64,000 nucleotides of DNA from a virus (IMGVR_UViG_3300027852_000034:33461-97460), one strand, 5' to 3'. Counted from the stretch's first letter, positions 48,384-58,574 are shown. Program-made: numbers and translations. Notes: generated by a model from the sequence alone, not told the origin.

Positions 48384-48888
48384 CATTACAGATTTAAAAG
48401 AATATTTACAGATTGATAAGTTTAGTCTTGATACAGATATTGAACGTCAAGCACACTTTTTTCACCGAGTAGCTGAAATTACAACCGCAGCTATAGATGC
48501 AAGAGATCATGCAAAGAATGACCTGGCTACAATAGAAGCAGAAATTAATACTGATTATAGAACAGGCCATCTTGAGGATAAAGTAAAGTTCACTGAAAAA
48601 TCCTTGGACAGTGAAGTTCACTTAACAGAGGACTATCAAAATGCCTATAAGCACTTCTTACATTGTAAGATGAAAGCCGATGAAGCTTTGGCTTTGAAAG
48701 AAGCCTTCATACAACGAGGTTTCATGTTGCGTGAACTGGCTAGCTTATATGTATCAGGATATTTTGCTGAATTTTCTACTAAGAGTACTGATGATAAAGA
48801 TGAATTAGATTCAGCTAACAGAAGGCAAAAGGTATCAGAAAAACGTAGACCTTTAAGAACCCGTGAAAGGAAAACGGCTAAAGATTGA
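48364..48888 (+). CDS. hypothetical protein (possibly clamp-loader accessory subunit)
   Basis: ORF 174 aa overlapping clamp-loader stop. Confidence 0.45.
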   Translation: MEQMMNSITDLKEYLQIDKFSLDTDIERQAHFFHRVAEITTAAIDARDHAKNDLATIEAEINTDYRTGHLEDKVKFTEKSLDSEVHLTEDYQNAYKHFLHCKMKADEALALKEAFIQRGFMLRELASLYVSGYFAEFSTKSTDDKDELDSANRRQKVSEKRRPLRTRERKTAKD

Positions 48889-48889
48889 C

Positions 48890-49039
48890 AATGTTCAAAT
48901 TATTCGATTACTTAGGACAAGCCTTACTTATAGTGCTTGCCATAGCCGCAACAGCCTTCATTATTTATATAATTTTTAAGGTAGCTACCACGGCTATTCT
49001 GCAGGCAAAAAAAGACTTTGAAACTCGAAATAAACCCTA
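48890..49039 (+). CDS. small membrane protein (49 aa)
   Basis: MFKLFDYLGQALLIVLAIAATAFIIYIIF; below ORF-track cutoff. Confidence 0.3.
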
Positions 49040-49057
49040 ACCCTTTGAGGATTTTTA

Positions 49058-49078
49058 AGGTATAATATAACTGCAACT
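49058..49078 (+). promoter_or_regulatory. class-B promoter-like motif AAGGTATAATATAACTGCAAC
   Basis: AGGTATAAT core upstream of SSB gene. Confidence 0.45.
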
Positions 49079-49124
49079 TGTACACTTTTGTACGTCATGC
49101 ATAAACAAATCGGAGATTAGAAAA

Positions 49125-50213
49125 ATGGGAAAAAGAAAATTTTCTTATACAAAACGTTCTTATGACAATGCTCGTAAAAGAGCAGAACAATCAGCAGGTT
49201 CCCGTGATGTTTACATCAATGAGGATATCAAATTATATAAACCTTCTGAAGGACAGAACTTACTACGTATTTTACCACCTTCTTGGGACGATGCAGAACA
49301 TTACGGTCATGATCTGTATGTTCATTACAATATCGGTCCTGATAATGCTGCCTACACATGCTTAAACAAGATGAAAGGGGAAGCATGCCCGATATGTGAA
49401 GAACGTATGAGGGCAGAACACGAAGGTGATAAAGATTACGCTAGAAAGTTAAAGCCTACCAAGCGTGTTCTTTTCTATCTGATAGATCGTGATAGAGAAG
49501 GTGAGGGTGTAAAAGCTTGGGCTGCTCCATGGACTGTAGATAAAGAGATCATGATCCAAGCTACTGATTCACGTTCAAGGGAATTTTTTCCTGTAGACGA
49601 TCCAGAAGAAGGCTTTGACGTTAAGGTTACACGCACAGGTTCAGGTGAACGTACTGAATACTCTGTATCCATTGCTCGTAGACCTAGTGAACTGGAGTTG
49701 GATGATGATATGGTTGATCTCTTAGAAGATTTACCACTCCCTGAGATAGTCAAATACTACGAATATGATCGCATTAAGCAAGTATTCGAAGGTACTGCAC
49801 CTGCTACTACTACGCCCGATGATGATAAGGATGATAAGGATGATAAGGATGATGATAGTCGTTCTTCACGTAGAGGTTCTGAACGTGCTGAAAAAGAGGA
49901 TCAACCACAGTTTGATATGTCCTATGAAGAAGTCCAAGGTCTACAAGGTGATGATCTAGATACAGTTGTAGAGGAAACAGGTTTAGATATTGATCCTAGT
50001 AACTATGATAGTGATGGTGAATTAGCTGATGATATCTGTGATGCACTAGGTTTGAAACCTGCTCGTTCTCGTAGGAAACTGAAAGAGAAAGAGCCTGAAA
50101 AGGAAGATGATCCAGAACCTAAGAAAGAAGAGGACGATGATGGAGGAACTTCTACCCGGCGTTCTAAAGTGACCGATAAGTTATCAGGGTTACGTAAACG
50201 TAGAGGTAAGTAA
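49125..50213 (+). CDS. gp32-like single-stranded DNA-binding protein
   Basis: RILPPSWDD...CLNKMKGEACPIC resembles the T4 gp32 RFLPS...C..C Zn region; acidic C-terminal tail with DDKDDKDDK repeats. Confidence 0.6.
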   Translation: MGKRKFSYTKRSYDNARKRAEQSAGSRDVYINEDIKLYKPSEGQNLLRILPPSWDDAEHYGHDLYVHYNIGPDNAAYTCLNKMKGEACPICEERMRAEHEGDKDYARKLKPTKRVLFYLIDRDREGEGVKAWAAPWTVDKEIMIQATDSRSREFFPVDDPEEGFDVKVTRTGSGERTEYSVSIARRPSELELDDDMVDLLEDLPLPEIVKYYEYDRIKQVFEGTAPATTTPDDDKDDKDDKDDDSRSSRRGSERAEKEDQPQFDMSYEEVQGLQGDDLDTVVEETGLDIDPSNYDSDGELADDICDALGLKPARSRRKLKEKEPEKEDDPEPKKEEDDDGGTSTRRSKVTDKLSGLRKRRGK

Positions 50214-50225
50214 TACCTATAGGTA

Positions 50226-50254
50226 GGGGTGCTTAACGCGCCCCTATTCATTTG
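50226..50254 (+). terminator. terminator hairpin
   Basis: GGGGTGC-TTAAC-GCGCCCC 7-bp stem then TATTCATTT. Confidence 0.45.
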
Positions 50255-50265
50255 AAGGAGTTTAA

Positions 50266-51321
50266 ATGTCAGAACGCGCAGCACTAAAACCAGCAGACAA
50301 ACCAGCTACTGGTAGTTACTTCACTAAAGTACATAAAGGCAAATTAAAATTTATTCCTAGTGGTTGCAAACTACTTGATTGTGTATTAGGTGGCGGTTGG
50401 CCACTTGGTCGTATTTCAAATGTAGTAGGTGACAAAAGTAGTGGTAAAACATTACTCGCAATAGAATCCTGTACCAATTTTAATATGGAATATCCTGATG
50501 GATTAATTTACTACATGGAAGCTGAAGCTGCATTTGATCAAGATTACGCTGCTGCACTAGGTATGCCTATTGATGCTATAGATTTTCTTGAAGATCGAAA
50601 TGAAAACACCATTGAAGAACTTTTTGAATTGTTGGATACTATTATTGAGGTACATGAAAAGAATAAACTACCAGGACTATTCATTGTAGATAGCTTAGAT
50701 GCCTTATCTGATAGAGCAGAGCTGGGTCGAAAAATAGATGAAGGTTCTTACGGTGGGTCTAAACCAAAAAAGATGTCTGAAATGTTTCGTAGACTTGCCG
50801 CAAGGTTGGAAGAAACGAATATTCATTTAAAGATTATTTCTCAGGTAAGAGACAACATAGGTGCTATGGTAGGTGCCAAACACACCCGTTCTGGTGGTAG
50901 AGCTTTAGATTTTTATGCTTCTCAAGTTCTATGGTTGAGAGAGGTTAAAAAACATAAGAAAACCTCTAAAGGTATTCAACGCATAATAGGTGTTCAAGTA
51001 AGAGCACAATGTAAGAAAAATAAAGTAGGATTACCATTTAGAGAGTGTGAGTTCCCCATTTATTTCGGATATGGTGTAGATGATCTAGCTGCACATATAG
51101 AGTTTTTAAATATAGTAAGTGAACTTAAACTCGCCTCAGATGTGTTAGGAACTGACATTGCTGACACACTTGACAGTAAGAAGCAAGGAGCCCTTATACG
51201 CAAGATGAGGGGCTTACGAGGGAAGGAAATGCGTGATGCTAGAAAAGTTTTGGATGTAGCTGTTGTTGAGGCATGGGAAAAAATAGAAAAAGCCTTTATG
51301 CCGGTAAACAGCAAATATTAA
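50266..51321 (+). CDS. RecA-family recombinase (UvsX/RadA-like)
   Basis: Walker A GDKSSGKT; RecA-like core; 351 aa; AAGGAGTTTAAATG RBS. Confidence 0.7.
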   Translation: MSERAALKPADKPATGSYFTKVHKGKLKFIPSGCKLLDCVLGGGWPLGRISNVVGDKSSGKTLLAIESCTNFNMEYPDGLIYYMEAEAAFDQDYAAALGMPIDAIDFLEDRNENTIEELFELLDTIIEVHEKNKLPGLFIVDSLDALSDRAELGRKIDEGSYGGSKPKKMSEMFRRLAARLEETNIHLKIISQVRDNIGAMVGAKHTRSGGRALDFYASQVLWLREVKKHKKTSKGIQRIIGVQVRAQCKKNKVGLPFRECEFPIYFGYGVDDLAAHIEFLNIVSELKLASDVLGTDIADTLDSKKQGALIRKMRGLRGKEMRDARKVLDVAVVEAWEKIEKAFMPVNSKY

Positions 51322-51454
51322 CGCTTGCATAACCTTTGTAATTTTATACAATATGTATAACAATTTAATAAGCAGTTGCCAATTGTCAGTTAGAGTTTAT
51401 CACTCCTGTGATACTGTGATGTTGTCATTCGATAGACACTAATTGACACGTCCG

Positions 51455-51478
51455 GCCCACGTTACGGGCTTTTTTTAT
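51455..51478 (+). terminator. rho-independent terminator
   Basis: GGCCC-ACGTTAC-GGGCT hairpin + T7. Confidence 0.5.
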
Positions 51479-51490
51479 GGGAACTGAAAA

Positions 51491-51988
51491 ATGAAAAAAT
51501 TACGGTTATTACTTTTTGAAAAGTGTGATAGGAGTTGTACAGGCTGTTGTAACAATGATTGGGATTTACAATCACTACCAGTAGAAAAAGATTTTAGTCA
51601 ATACGATATAATCATGCTTACAGGTGGTGAACCTATGCTAGAACCACAGATTGTAATAAACACCATAAGAACAATTAAAAAAACCTCTAATGCTGTAATT
51701 TATATGTACACCGCTAAATGCACACACCTCATAGACTTATACAATGTGCTTTCTTATCTTGATGGACTTACTCTTACTTTACATCACCAAGACGATGTAG
51801 CACCTTTTGAAATTTTCAATTCTAAACTTTCAAAATTTTGCCTATCACCGCTATTTAGTTTTAGATTAAATGTCTTTAAAGGTATTGATATTTCACACAT
51901 TGATATCTCTGCATGGAAAGTAAAGGACAATATAAAATGGATAAAAAATCTACATTTACCTACAAATGAAACTTTTAAAAGGTTATAA
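51491..51988 (+). CDS. queE: 7-carboxy-7-deazaguanine synthase QueE (radical SAM)
   Basis: CDRSCTGC CxxxCxxC cluster motif; LTGGEPMLEP; 165 aa compact QueE. Confidence 0.7.
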   Translation: MKKLRLLLFEKCDRSCTGCCNNDWDLQSLPVEKDFSQYDIIMLTGGEPMLEPQIVINTIRTIKKTSNAVIYMYTAKCTHLIDLYNVLSYLDGLTLTLHHQDDVAPFEIFNSKLSKFCLSPLFSFRLNVFKGIDISHIDISAWKVKDNIKWIKNLHLPTNETFKRL

Positions 51989-51990
51989 AA

Positions 51991-52539
51991 ATGCGAAGAG
52001 GTGGTCAAAAGCACAAAGGTAATAATTTTGAGAACGCCGTAGCTAAGAAACTCTCAATGTGGATTACATATGATCAACGAAAGGAGGTGTTTGATCGCTC
52101 TCCTGCATCAGGTGCAAAAGCTACTGCTCATGCCAAAAAAGGTGTGCTTTTTAAAAATCAAGCAGGTGACATTATTGCTCTTGAAGATATAGGGTACACT
52201 GTCACTAATAGATTCATAATCGAATGTAAGCACTACAAAGATTTAAATCTTAATGGTCTTGTCTATGACAGTAAAACAGGTGTTCTAGAATTTTGGTTAA
52301 AACTATTAAGAGAATGTGAAGAATTTAAAAAACAACCTATGTTAATAGCTCGACAAAATAACAGGCCTATCTTACTAGGCTTTAATAAATTTGGGATAGA
52401 CTTTTTCGATTGTTTTGATTTAGTTAGAGCTGTATATCCAAGGTACGGATTACATTTAATCAAATTAGATGAATTCATTGCTGTTAAAGATCCTGCAGAA
52501 TATTTAGAAATAAAAAGACAGCGCAGGACTATAACCTGA
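51991..52539 (+). CDS. PD-(D/E)xK-fold nuclease-like protein
   Basis: GDIIALEDIG...FIIECKHYKD fits a D...E.K nuclease core (weak). Confidence 0.4.
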   Translation: MRRGGQKHKGNNFENAVAKKLSMWITYDQRKEVFDRSPASGAKATAHAKKGVLFKNQAGDIIALEDIGYTVTNRFIIECKHYKDLNLNGLVYDSKTGVLEFWLKLLRECEEFKKQPMLIARQNNRPILLGFNKFGIDFFDCFDLVRAVYPRYGLHLIKLDEFIAVKDPAEYLEIKRQRRTIT

Positions 52540-52544
52540 GAAAC

Positions 52545-52562
52545 ATAGGTATAATTTAGTGC
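52545..52562 (+). promoter_or_regulatory. class-B promoter-like motif CATAGGTATAATTTAGTG
   Basis: Upstream of gene 52595. Confidence 0.45.
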
Positions 52563-52594
52563 ATACACAGCATTAATCATCTTTGGAGATTCTC

Positions 52595-53425
52595 ATGCAA
52601 CTGACAGCAAATGATCCTATTTGGACACAACCGATACAAACAATTCCTCTTATACAGGCTTTCCCTGAATTGGGACAGGTCGAAGAGTTCAATGAAAAGC
52701 AGGTAGTTCTTACTGAAGACCATAAAAGGCTGTTCAGTGTAATTTCTGCTAAGTCTGTAGTAAAACACCATAAAGAAGCAGTTGAACTTGTTGCAAATGC
52801 TCTTGAATCAGCATACGGTTCAGAACCTAGAGTAGATGTAAAAACTTTTAAACAAGGTGCTCAAATGAAGGCTAAGTTCACTATGCCTGATGAACCTGTA
52901 ATCGACTTAGGTGGTAACGATACAAGTAGCCTTCATGTAATACTCTATAATTCTTATGACAAAGCACTACCTTTCAAAGTACGTGTAGGAGCATATCGGT
53001 ATGTATGTGATAACGGTATGGTAATCGGTGATGATATTGCACAGATACAAGGTAGAGAGTTATTAGAAAACTGGTCACCTGAAGGTGTAGCAACAAACAT
53101 TCAAAACATGATGGAACAAGCTAAAACCGTTACTGATGTATGGAAAGCTTGGCGTAGAATTGAGGTACCTTTCCATATAGCTGTAGATGCTTGTGCCCGC
53201 CGTTTTCCTAACTTCATGCTGAACAAGTTAGATGCATTAGAAGATAGTTTTCCTATGTCCATGTGGGATTTATATAACCATTTCACTGCTATGGTTACAC
53301 ATGAATCAAAGAGCGAAAGAGCCCAACACACTTTCGACAGTGTGGTTTCTACTGTTTTTTACAAGGCTAGAAGTCCGATGTACCAGCACTATGCTAAAGA
53401 AGCAGGTTTAATAGAAGCCGCTTAA
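52595..53425 (+). CDS. DUF932-like phage/plasmid protein
   Basis: ORF track 52583..53425 (ATG at 52595, GGAGAT RBS); YRYVCDNGMV resembles the DUF932 vCsNG motif. Confidence 0.45.
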   Translation: MQLTANDPIWTQPIQTIPLIQAFPELGQVEEFNEKQVVLTEDHKRLFSVISAKSVVKHHKEAVELVANALESAYGSEPRVDVKTFKQGAQMKAKFTMPDEPVIDLGGNDTSSLHVILYNSYDKALPFKVRVGAYRYVCDNGMVIGDDIAQIQGRELLENWSPEGVATNIQNMMEQAKTVTDVWKAWRRIEVPFHIAVDACARRFPNFMLNKLDALEDSFPMSMWDLYNHFTAMVTHESKSERAQHTFDSVVSTVFYKARSPMYQHYAKEAGLIEAA

Positions 53426-53437
53426 TCAATAATCAAG

Positions 53438-53462
53438 TAGCGGGTGTAGTGCCCGCTATTCT
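53438..53462 (+). terminator. possible terminator hairpin
   Basis: TAGCGGG-TGTAGTG-CCCGCTA, weak U-tract. Confidence 0.35.
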
Positions 53463-53473
53463 ATAGGTGCATC

Positions 53474-54496
53474 ATGCCAACAGCATTCCTTATCAGTGAT
53501 TTACATTTAACCGAAAGTAAACGTGACCGTTATAAATGGAGTGTTTGGGAATGGACTAGAAATGTAATTGAAAAACATAAAGTAGATGTTCTATATATAC
53601 TAGGTGATGTCCTCGACAAAAAAGATAGACATCCTTCTGAATTGGTAAATGATATTGCTTTAGAAATAAAAAAATGCGCAGCACTTGTACCTGTGATTAT
53701 ACTGAAAGGAAATCACGATTACTTAAAACCTGACCATCCATTTTTTAAATTTGTTACATGGTATGCAAATGTTACTTTCATAGACACTCCTAGTAGATTA
53801 GGAAATTCTTATTGGTTACCACATAGCAGAAACCCTGAAGAAGAATGGGCAGATATAGATTTTACTGATGATTCTATAGACTACTTTTTTCTGCACCAAA
53901 GTGTAATTGGTAGTGTTGTATCTAATTACCATGAAATGAAAACAGGTCTAAGTACGGCTATATTTAAAGGTTGTACAGCAAAAATATTTTCAGGTGATAT
54001 CCATGTACCGCAAGATATAAACATAAGAGGTGTAACTAAACCTTTAACCTACGTAGGAACACCTTACCCTGTAGCATTCGGTGATGATTATCTAGGTAGA
54101 GGGTTACTATTAGATCAAGAAACTGGTGAAACAACTGAATTAAATATGGACACAATTCAAAAATTACATGTCCGAATAAATTCTCTTGATGAACTAGAAA
54201 AGATCAGTGTAAAAGAAAATGACCAGTTAAAAATAACACTTACCTTAGCAAATGCAGAGTTACATGATTGGCCTGTACACAAACAAGAAATAAAGAACAT
54301 GTGCGAAGATGCAGGTGTGGAGTTATGTGACCTTAAATTACAGAAAGAACCAAATACACGTTTAGAAAAGGCGCAACATAAAACAGGGAAGGATGCTTAC
54401 AAATCTATAAGCAAAACTGAGGTGTTGCATAAATTTGCCGAGCAAGAAAAGCTTAGTGAAGACTTTCTTAAAATAGGGTTGGAGCTTATAGAATGA
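53474..54496 (+). CDS. Mre11/SbcD-like nuclease (calcineurin-like phosphoesterase)
   Basis: ISDLHL, ILGDVLD, LKGNHD, FFLHQSV phosphoesterase motifs; 340 aa. Confidence 0.75.
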   Translation: MPTAFLISDLHLTESKRDRYKWSVWEWTRNVIEKHKVDVLYILGDVLDKKDRHPSELVNDIALEIKKCAALVPVIILKGNHDYLKPDHPFFKFVTWYANVTFIDTPSRLGNSYWLPHSRNPEEEWADIDFTDDSIDYFFLHQSVIGSVVSNYHEMKTGLSTAIFKGCTAKIFSGDIHVPQDINIRGVTKPLTYVGTPYPVAFGDDYLGRGLLLDQETGETTELNMDTIQKLHVRINSLDELEKISVKENDQLKITLTLANAELHDWPVHKQEIKNMCEDAGVELCDLKLQKEPNTRLEKAQHKTGKDAYKSISKTEVLHKFAEQEKLSEDFLKIGLELIE

Positions 54497-55335
54497 AAAT
54501 TTTAGTAATAATAGATTTTCTAAACACACTCATGAGGTCTCTAGCTGTTAACCAAGAACTTGAATACGGAGGAGTTCCTACAGGTGGTATCTATGGATTT
54601 TTCAATCAGTTAGTGAAATTGATTCATATCCATCAACCTACACACTACCTAATTTGTAAGGATAAAAAACCTTATCTTAGAGAAGAACTATTCCCTAATT
54701 ATAAAGGTGATAGAAAAAAGAAAAAAAGAAACGATGACTTTGATTTTGGTAATGCTTTAACAGTTAATACAGATCTTACTAACACATTATTAAAAGAACT
54801 AGGGTTACCTACGTGGGCAGTCCAAGGTCTTGAAGCTGACGACTTAATAGCCTTTGCAGTTGATATGCACCAAGATGAATTTGATAAGATTATAGTGCTT
54901 TCAAATGATACTGATCTAAATCAATTACTGATATACGATAACGTTAGACTTTATAAAAAATCTAAATTCAGTGACAGTGATGGTACATACGGTATAGAAG
55001 GATTTAACGAAGAATTTGGGGTCCCTATAGAAACATGGACTGAATACACAGCCCTTGTTGGTACCCATAATGGAGTACCAGGGTTTCGTGGAATAGGTCC
55101 AAAAACTGCCGCTAAAATATTACTTGATACAAATAAGCACGAGGCTTTCAAGGACGAGAATAAAGAAGAGTTACAAAAGAAAGTAGATTTAATTACACTA
55201 CCTTTCCCATTTTATGAGAGAAAAGTTAGAATGCCTAAAGTAGTTCCCATGGATGCTAACTACAGGAACGTTATTTATTTACTGGAAAACTTAGGTATAA
55301 CTTTTACTAATAAAATGAGAGAGGCGATTGAATGA
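54493..55335 (+). CDS. 5'-3' exonuclease / flap endonuclease (RNase H-like)
   Basis: PIN-like N-terminus, LEADDLIAF, H3TH GIGPKTAAKIL. Confidence 0.8.
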   Translation: MKILVIIDFLNTLMRSLAVNQELEYGGVPTGGIYGFFNQLVKLIHIHQPTHYLICKDKKPYLREELFPNYKGDRKKKKRNDDFDFGNALTVNTDLTNTLLKELGLPTWAVQGLEADDLIAFAVDMHQDEFDKIIVLSNDTDLNQLLIYDNVRLYKKSKFSDSDGTYGIEGFNEEFGVPIETWTEYTALVGTHNGVPGFRGIGPKTAAKILLDTNKHEAFKDENKEELQKKVDLITLPFPFYERKVRMPKVVPMDANYRNVIYLLENLGITFTNKMREAIE

Positions 55336-56921
55336 GTACAGCCGATAATAATATTCATGGCGCCTTAGCTGAAAATATTCTAACGTTACTCTGCTTTGAT
55401 GATGATGCAGCAGGCATCATAGTAAACACTGTAGATGTAGGATTATTTGAATCTGATATCTATAAGGATATTGCTCAACAAGTAGTTGCCTATTATACCA
55501 AGTTCAAAGAAACTCCGAAAGAACACCTTGCTGACCTTTTAGAAGAAAAACTAGAGGATAAAAAGGATAAACGGAAAGCTGATTTATATCAAAAAATCTT
55601 ATTAAATCTATATGAGTTCCGTGACTCTATTAATCAAAAATATGTACTGGATCAAGTACGTACCTTCGTTAGACAACAAAAATTAAAATCAGCTATTGTT
55701 GATGCTACTACTTATGTACGTGATGGTGATTTAGACAAAGCGGAAACCGTATTAACCAGTAGTTTAAATAGTCAGATAGAATTATTTGAACCTGGTATTT
55801 TCTTTGCTGATTCCGAACAAAGTCTACGCTTCTTCGATGCTATCATACCTACGTATTCTACAGGTATACCTCCCTTAGATAAAATGGGGTTTGGACCTGC
55901 TCAAGGTGAGTTGCTTGTTATATTGGCACCTGCTAACAGAGGTAAAACCTGGATGATGATACATTTAGGTAAGTTCTGTGCTATGCAGCGTTTAAAGGTA
56001 CTTCACATATCCTTGGAAATGTCAGAATTAAAAATGTCACAACGGTATATGCAGACCTTTTTCTCATTCAGTAAACGTGCAGGTGAAAACCCTTACCGAA
56101 GTATTAAACGTGATGAAATGGGGCGTTTTATAGATACACAAGGTGAACTTATAGAGCGTCCATCTTTAGATAATTTAGATGCAGAAGTTTCACTTGGTAA
56201 AAAAATAAAAAGACTTGAAAATAGATTAAAATTATGGGTAAAACGTTTCCCTACAGGCGCTTTAACAATGCAAGGATTGGAAGCGTATTTAGATGCCTTG
56301 GATAGATTCGAACACTTCCATCCTGATGTCATTATTGTTGACTATGCTGATCTGATGAAACTAGATTCAGCAAATCTTAGAGTTGATACAGGCAACATAT
56401 ATAAGAATTTACGTAGAATTGCTGTAGAAAGAAATTGTGCCGTGGTTACAGCATCACAAAGTAATAGACTAGCTGAGGATGCAAAAGTTATCACTCTGAA
56501 ACATTTAGCTGAAGATTATTCAAAAGCTGCTACCGCTGATAACATAATTGCCTATTGTCAGACTAGTCAGGAGCAACGCTACGGGCTTGCAAGATTATTC
56601 ATAGCTAAAGCCCGTGATGAAGAAAGAGAACAGTCAGTGGTCATTACACAGAACTATAGAATAGGTCAATTCTGTATGGATGCTGCAAAATTGGATAATA
56701 GGTATTGGGATACTTTAGAAATGCTACCTACGGATGGTAGTAATACAGGCACTAGTCAATCTAGTTCACGCACTAGAATGATTACAAATCAAACATCTGA
56801 AAAAGAGGAAGAACAAGAAGAAAAACCTGAGAAGGAAAAAACTACACGTAGAAAGGTTACAAAGTTTGACCGTTCTAAAATACGTAGAAAGAACAAGAAA
56901 AAAGAAGAACCTGAAGAATGA
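55332..56921 (+). CDS. DnaB-like replicative helicase
   Basis: DnaB N-terminal domain; Walker A ILAPANRGKTWMM; 529 aa. Confidence 0.8.
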   Translation: MSTADNNIHGALAENILTLLCFDDDAAGIIVNTVDVGLFESDIYKDIAQQVVAYYTKFKETPKEHLADLLEEKLEDKKDKRKADLYQKILLNLYEFRDSINQKYVLDQVRTFVRQQKLKSAIVDATTYVRDGDLDKAETVLTSSLNSQIELFEPGIFFADSEQSLRFFDAIIPTYSTGIPPLDKMGFGPAQGELLVILAPANRGKTWMMIHLGKFCAMQRLKVLHISLEMSELKMSQRYMQTFFSFSKRAGENPYRSIKRDEMGRFIDTQGELIERPSLDNLDAEVSLGKKIKRLENRLKLWVKRFPTGALTMQGLEAYLDALDRFEHFHPDVIIVDYADLMKLDSANLRVDTGNIYKNLRRIAVERNCAVVTASQSNRLAEDAKVITLKHLAEDYSKAATADNIIAYCQTSQEQRYGLARLFIAKARDEEREQSVVITQNYRIGQFCMDAAKLDNRYWDTLEMLPTDGSNTGTSQSSSRTRMITNQTSEKEEEQEEKPEKEKTTRRKVTKFDRSKIRRKNKKKEEPEE

Positions 56922-58507
56922 TCTCTAAAAGAGCAATAGATGATTACCTTGCAAGAGATTTAGAAAGTTTTAACTGGATCAAAGAAGCTTCACATAAAGA
57001 AATGGATGAAGCTATTGCCCAGTTACCTGTTGAAGTAACTCTTAAACACCCGCCTTTTCGCCATCAAAAAGCTTCTTACTACATAGGTGCTTCCTTATCT
57101 AATTTTATGTATTTTTTAGATATGGGTTTGGGTAAAACTTTTATATCCTTAATGCTGATGTCTTATTATTTGCAGTTGAAAAAAATAGAAAAGATTTTAG
57201 TTGTAGTACCTAACGTAATCAATATAGAAGGTTGGGAAGAACAAATTCTAGAACATACTAACTTCGATTATGTATTATTGCATGGAAATAAAAATGAAAG
57301 AATGGAACTGCTAGATCAACATGCTCATATCTACGTAATTAATTATGACGGTCTTCAAACCATGATGACTGAATTACAACCAGCTAAGAAAAAAAAGAAA
57401 GGTAAAAAGGTAAAAGAAAGAACCCCTGTACCTGCATTAGTAAAAAATTTCACCTCAAAATTTCAAATGGTTGTATTTGATGAAATTCACAAAGCGAAAA
57501 ACACTACCTCTTTAACCTACTCACTTTGCCATTCCATTTCTAAAAAATGTGAATATAGATACGGATTAACAGGAACACCGTTTGGAAGAGACCCTATAGA
57601 TTTATGGGCACAGTTTCAATTAATAGATCACGGTGAAACATTAGGTCTTAAAGGTATGTACCAATCTGCATTTTTCACAACAAAGAAAAATTTTTGGGGA
57701 GGGTGGGAGCACAAATTTAAAAAGGCTATGGAAGAAGAGTTACATACCACTCTACAAAATAGATCTCTTAGATACGAGGATATTGAATGTGAGGATCTTC
57801 CTAAGCGTGTACATAAAGTAGTTCCTGTGTCCCTATCCTTAGATGCAATTACATATTATCGAGATATGTTGCAACAGGCTGCGGATACTAAGGACAATGA
57901 TGTACGGAGACAAGAAAATTTCTACATCAAAATGAGGGAGATAGCATCAGGTTTCGTATATGAAAAAGATGAGGACGGTAAAAAATTTACAATAACATTC
58001 TCCAATAATGAAAAACTTGATGCCTTAGATAATCTAATAGAGGATATGCCTAAAACCTCTAAGATGGTTATTTTTCATGTGTTCAATAGCAGTGGTGAGG
58101 TAATCTGTAATCATCTGAAGAAAAAGAAAATATCTTATGCAGCATTAAATTCTACAGAGAAGGATACAGCAGGGCAGTTACGTAAATTTAAAAATCAGAA
58201 AACCTGCAAGTTTCTTGTGCTAAATATAGCTACAGGTTCTACAGGATTAAATTTACAGATTGCAAATTATTGCGTATTCTATGAACCTACTGATAGACCT
58301 ATATGGCAACGTCAAGCCGAGAAACGAGTACATAGACAAGGACAAACAAAACGAGTTTACTATTACCACTTCGTAACAAAAGGTACTGTAGAAGAACGCA
58401 TCAGAACATTTTTAAAAGAAGGCAAAGATTTATTCGGTGCATTGATTGAAGGTAAGCAAGGGTATAAACAATTGATGGGTTTATGTGACAGTAAAACAAA
58501 ACCATAA
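56918..58507 (+). CDS. SNF2-family helicase
   Basis: Motif I DMGLGKT; motif II VFDEIHKAKN; C-terminal helicase domain; 529 aa. Confidence 0.8.
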   Translation: MISKRAIDDYLARDLESFNWIKEASHKEMDEAIAQLPVEVTLKHPPFRHQKASYYIGASLSNFMYFLDMGLGKTFISLMLMSYYLQLKKIEKILVVVPNVINIEGWEEQILEHTNFDYVLLHGNKNERMELLDQHAHIYVINYDGLQTMMTELQPAKKKKKGKKVKERTPVPALVKNFTSKFQMVVFDEIHKAKNTTSLTYSLCHSISKKCEYRYGLTGTPFGRDPIDLWAQFQLIDHGETLGLKGMYQSAFFTTKKNFWGGWEHKFKKAMEEELHTTLQNRSLRYEDIECEDLPKRVHKVVPVSLSLDAITYYRDMLQQAADTKDNDVRRQENFYIKMREIASGFVYEKDEDGKKFTITFSNNEKLDALDNLIEDMPKTSKMVIFHVFNSSGEVICNHLKKKKISYAALNSTEKDTAGQLRKFKNQKTCKFLVLNIATGSTGLNLQIANYCVFYEPTDRPIWQRQAEKRVHRQGQTKRVYYYHFVTKGTVEERIRTFLKEGKDLFGALIEGKQGYKQLMGLCDSKTKP

Positions 58508-58510
58508 AAA

Positions 58511-58556
58511 CATAGGTATAACTATTGCAAGTAAGCAAATATTATATATAATGTAA
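58511..58556 (+). promoter_or_regulatory. bipartite class-B promoter of Y-RNA array 1 (AGGTATAACTATTGCAAGT + ATATTATATATAATGTAA)
   Basis: Almost identical to the 61425 promoter; precedes first Y-RNA unit by ~20 nt. Confidence 0.6.
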
Positions 58557-58574
58557 TACAACAATTTTAGAAAA

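Noticed and set aside
33003-51988. Calling a complete preQ0/archaeosine DNA-modification pathway
   Set aside because: No QueC (PP-loop) or amidotransferase was found in the window. The QueD-like protein lacks the canonical CxxxHGH motif. Only the partial gene set is reported.
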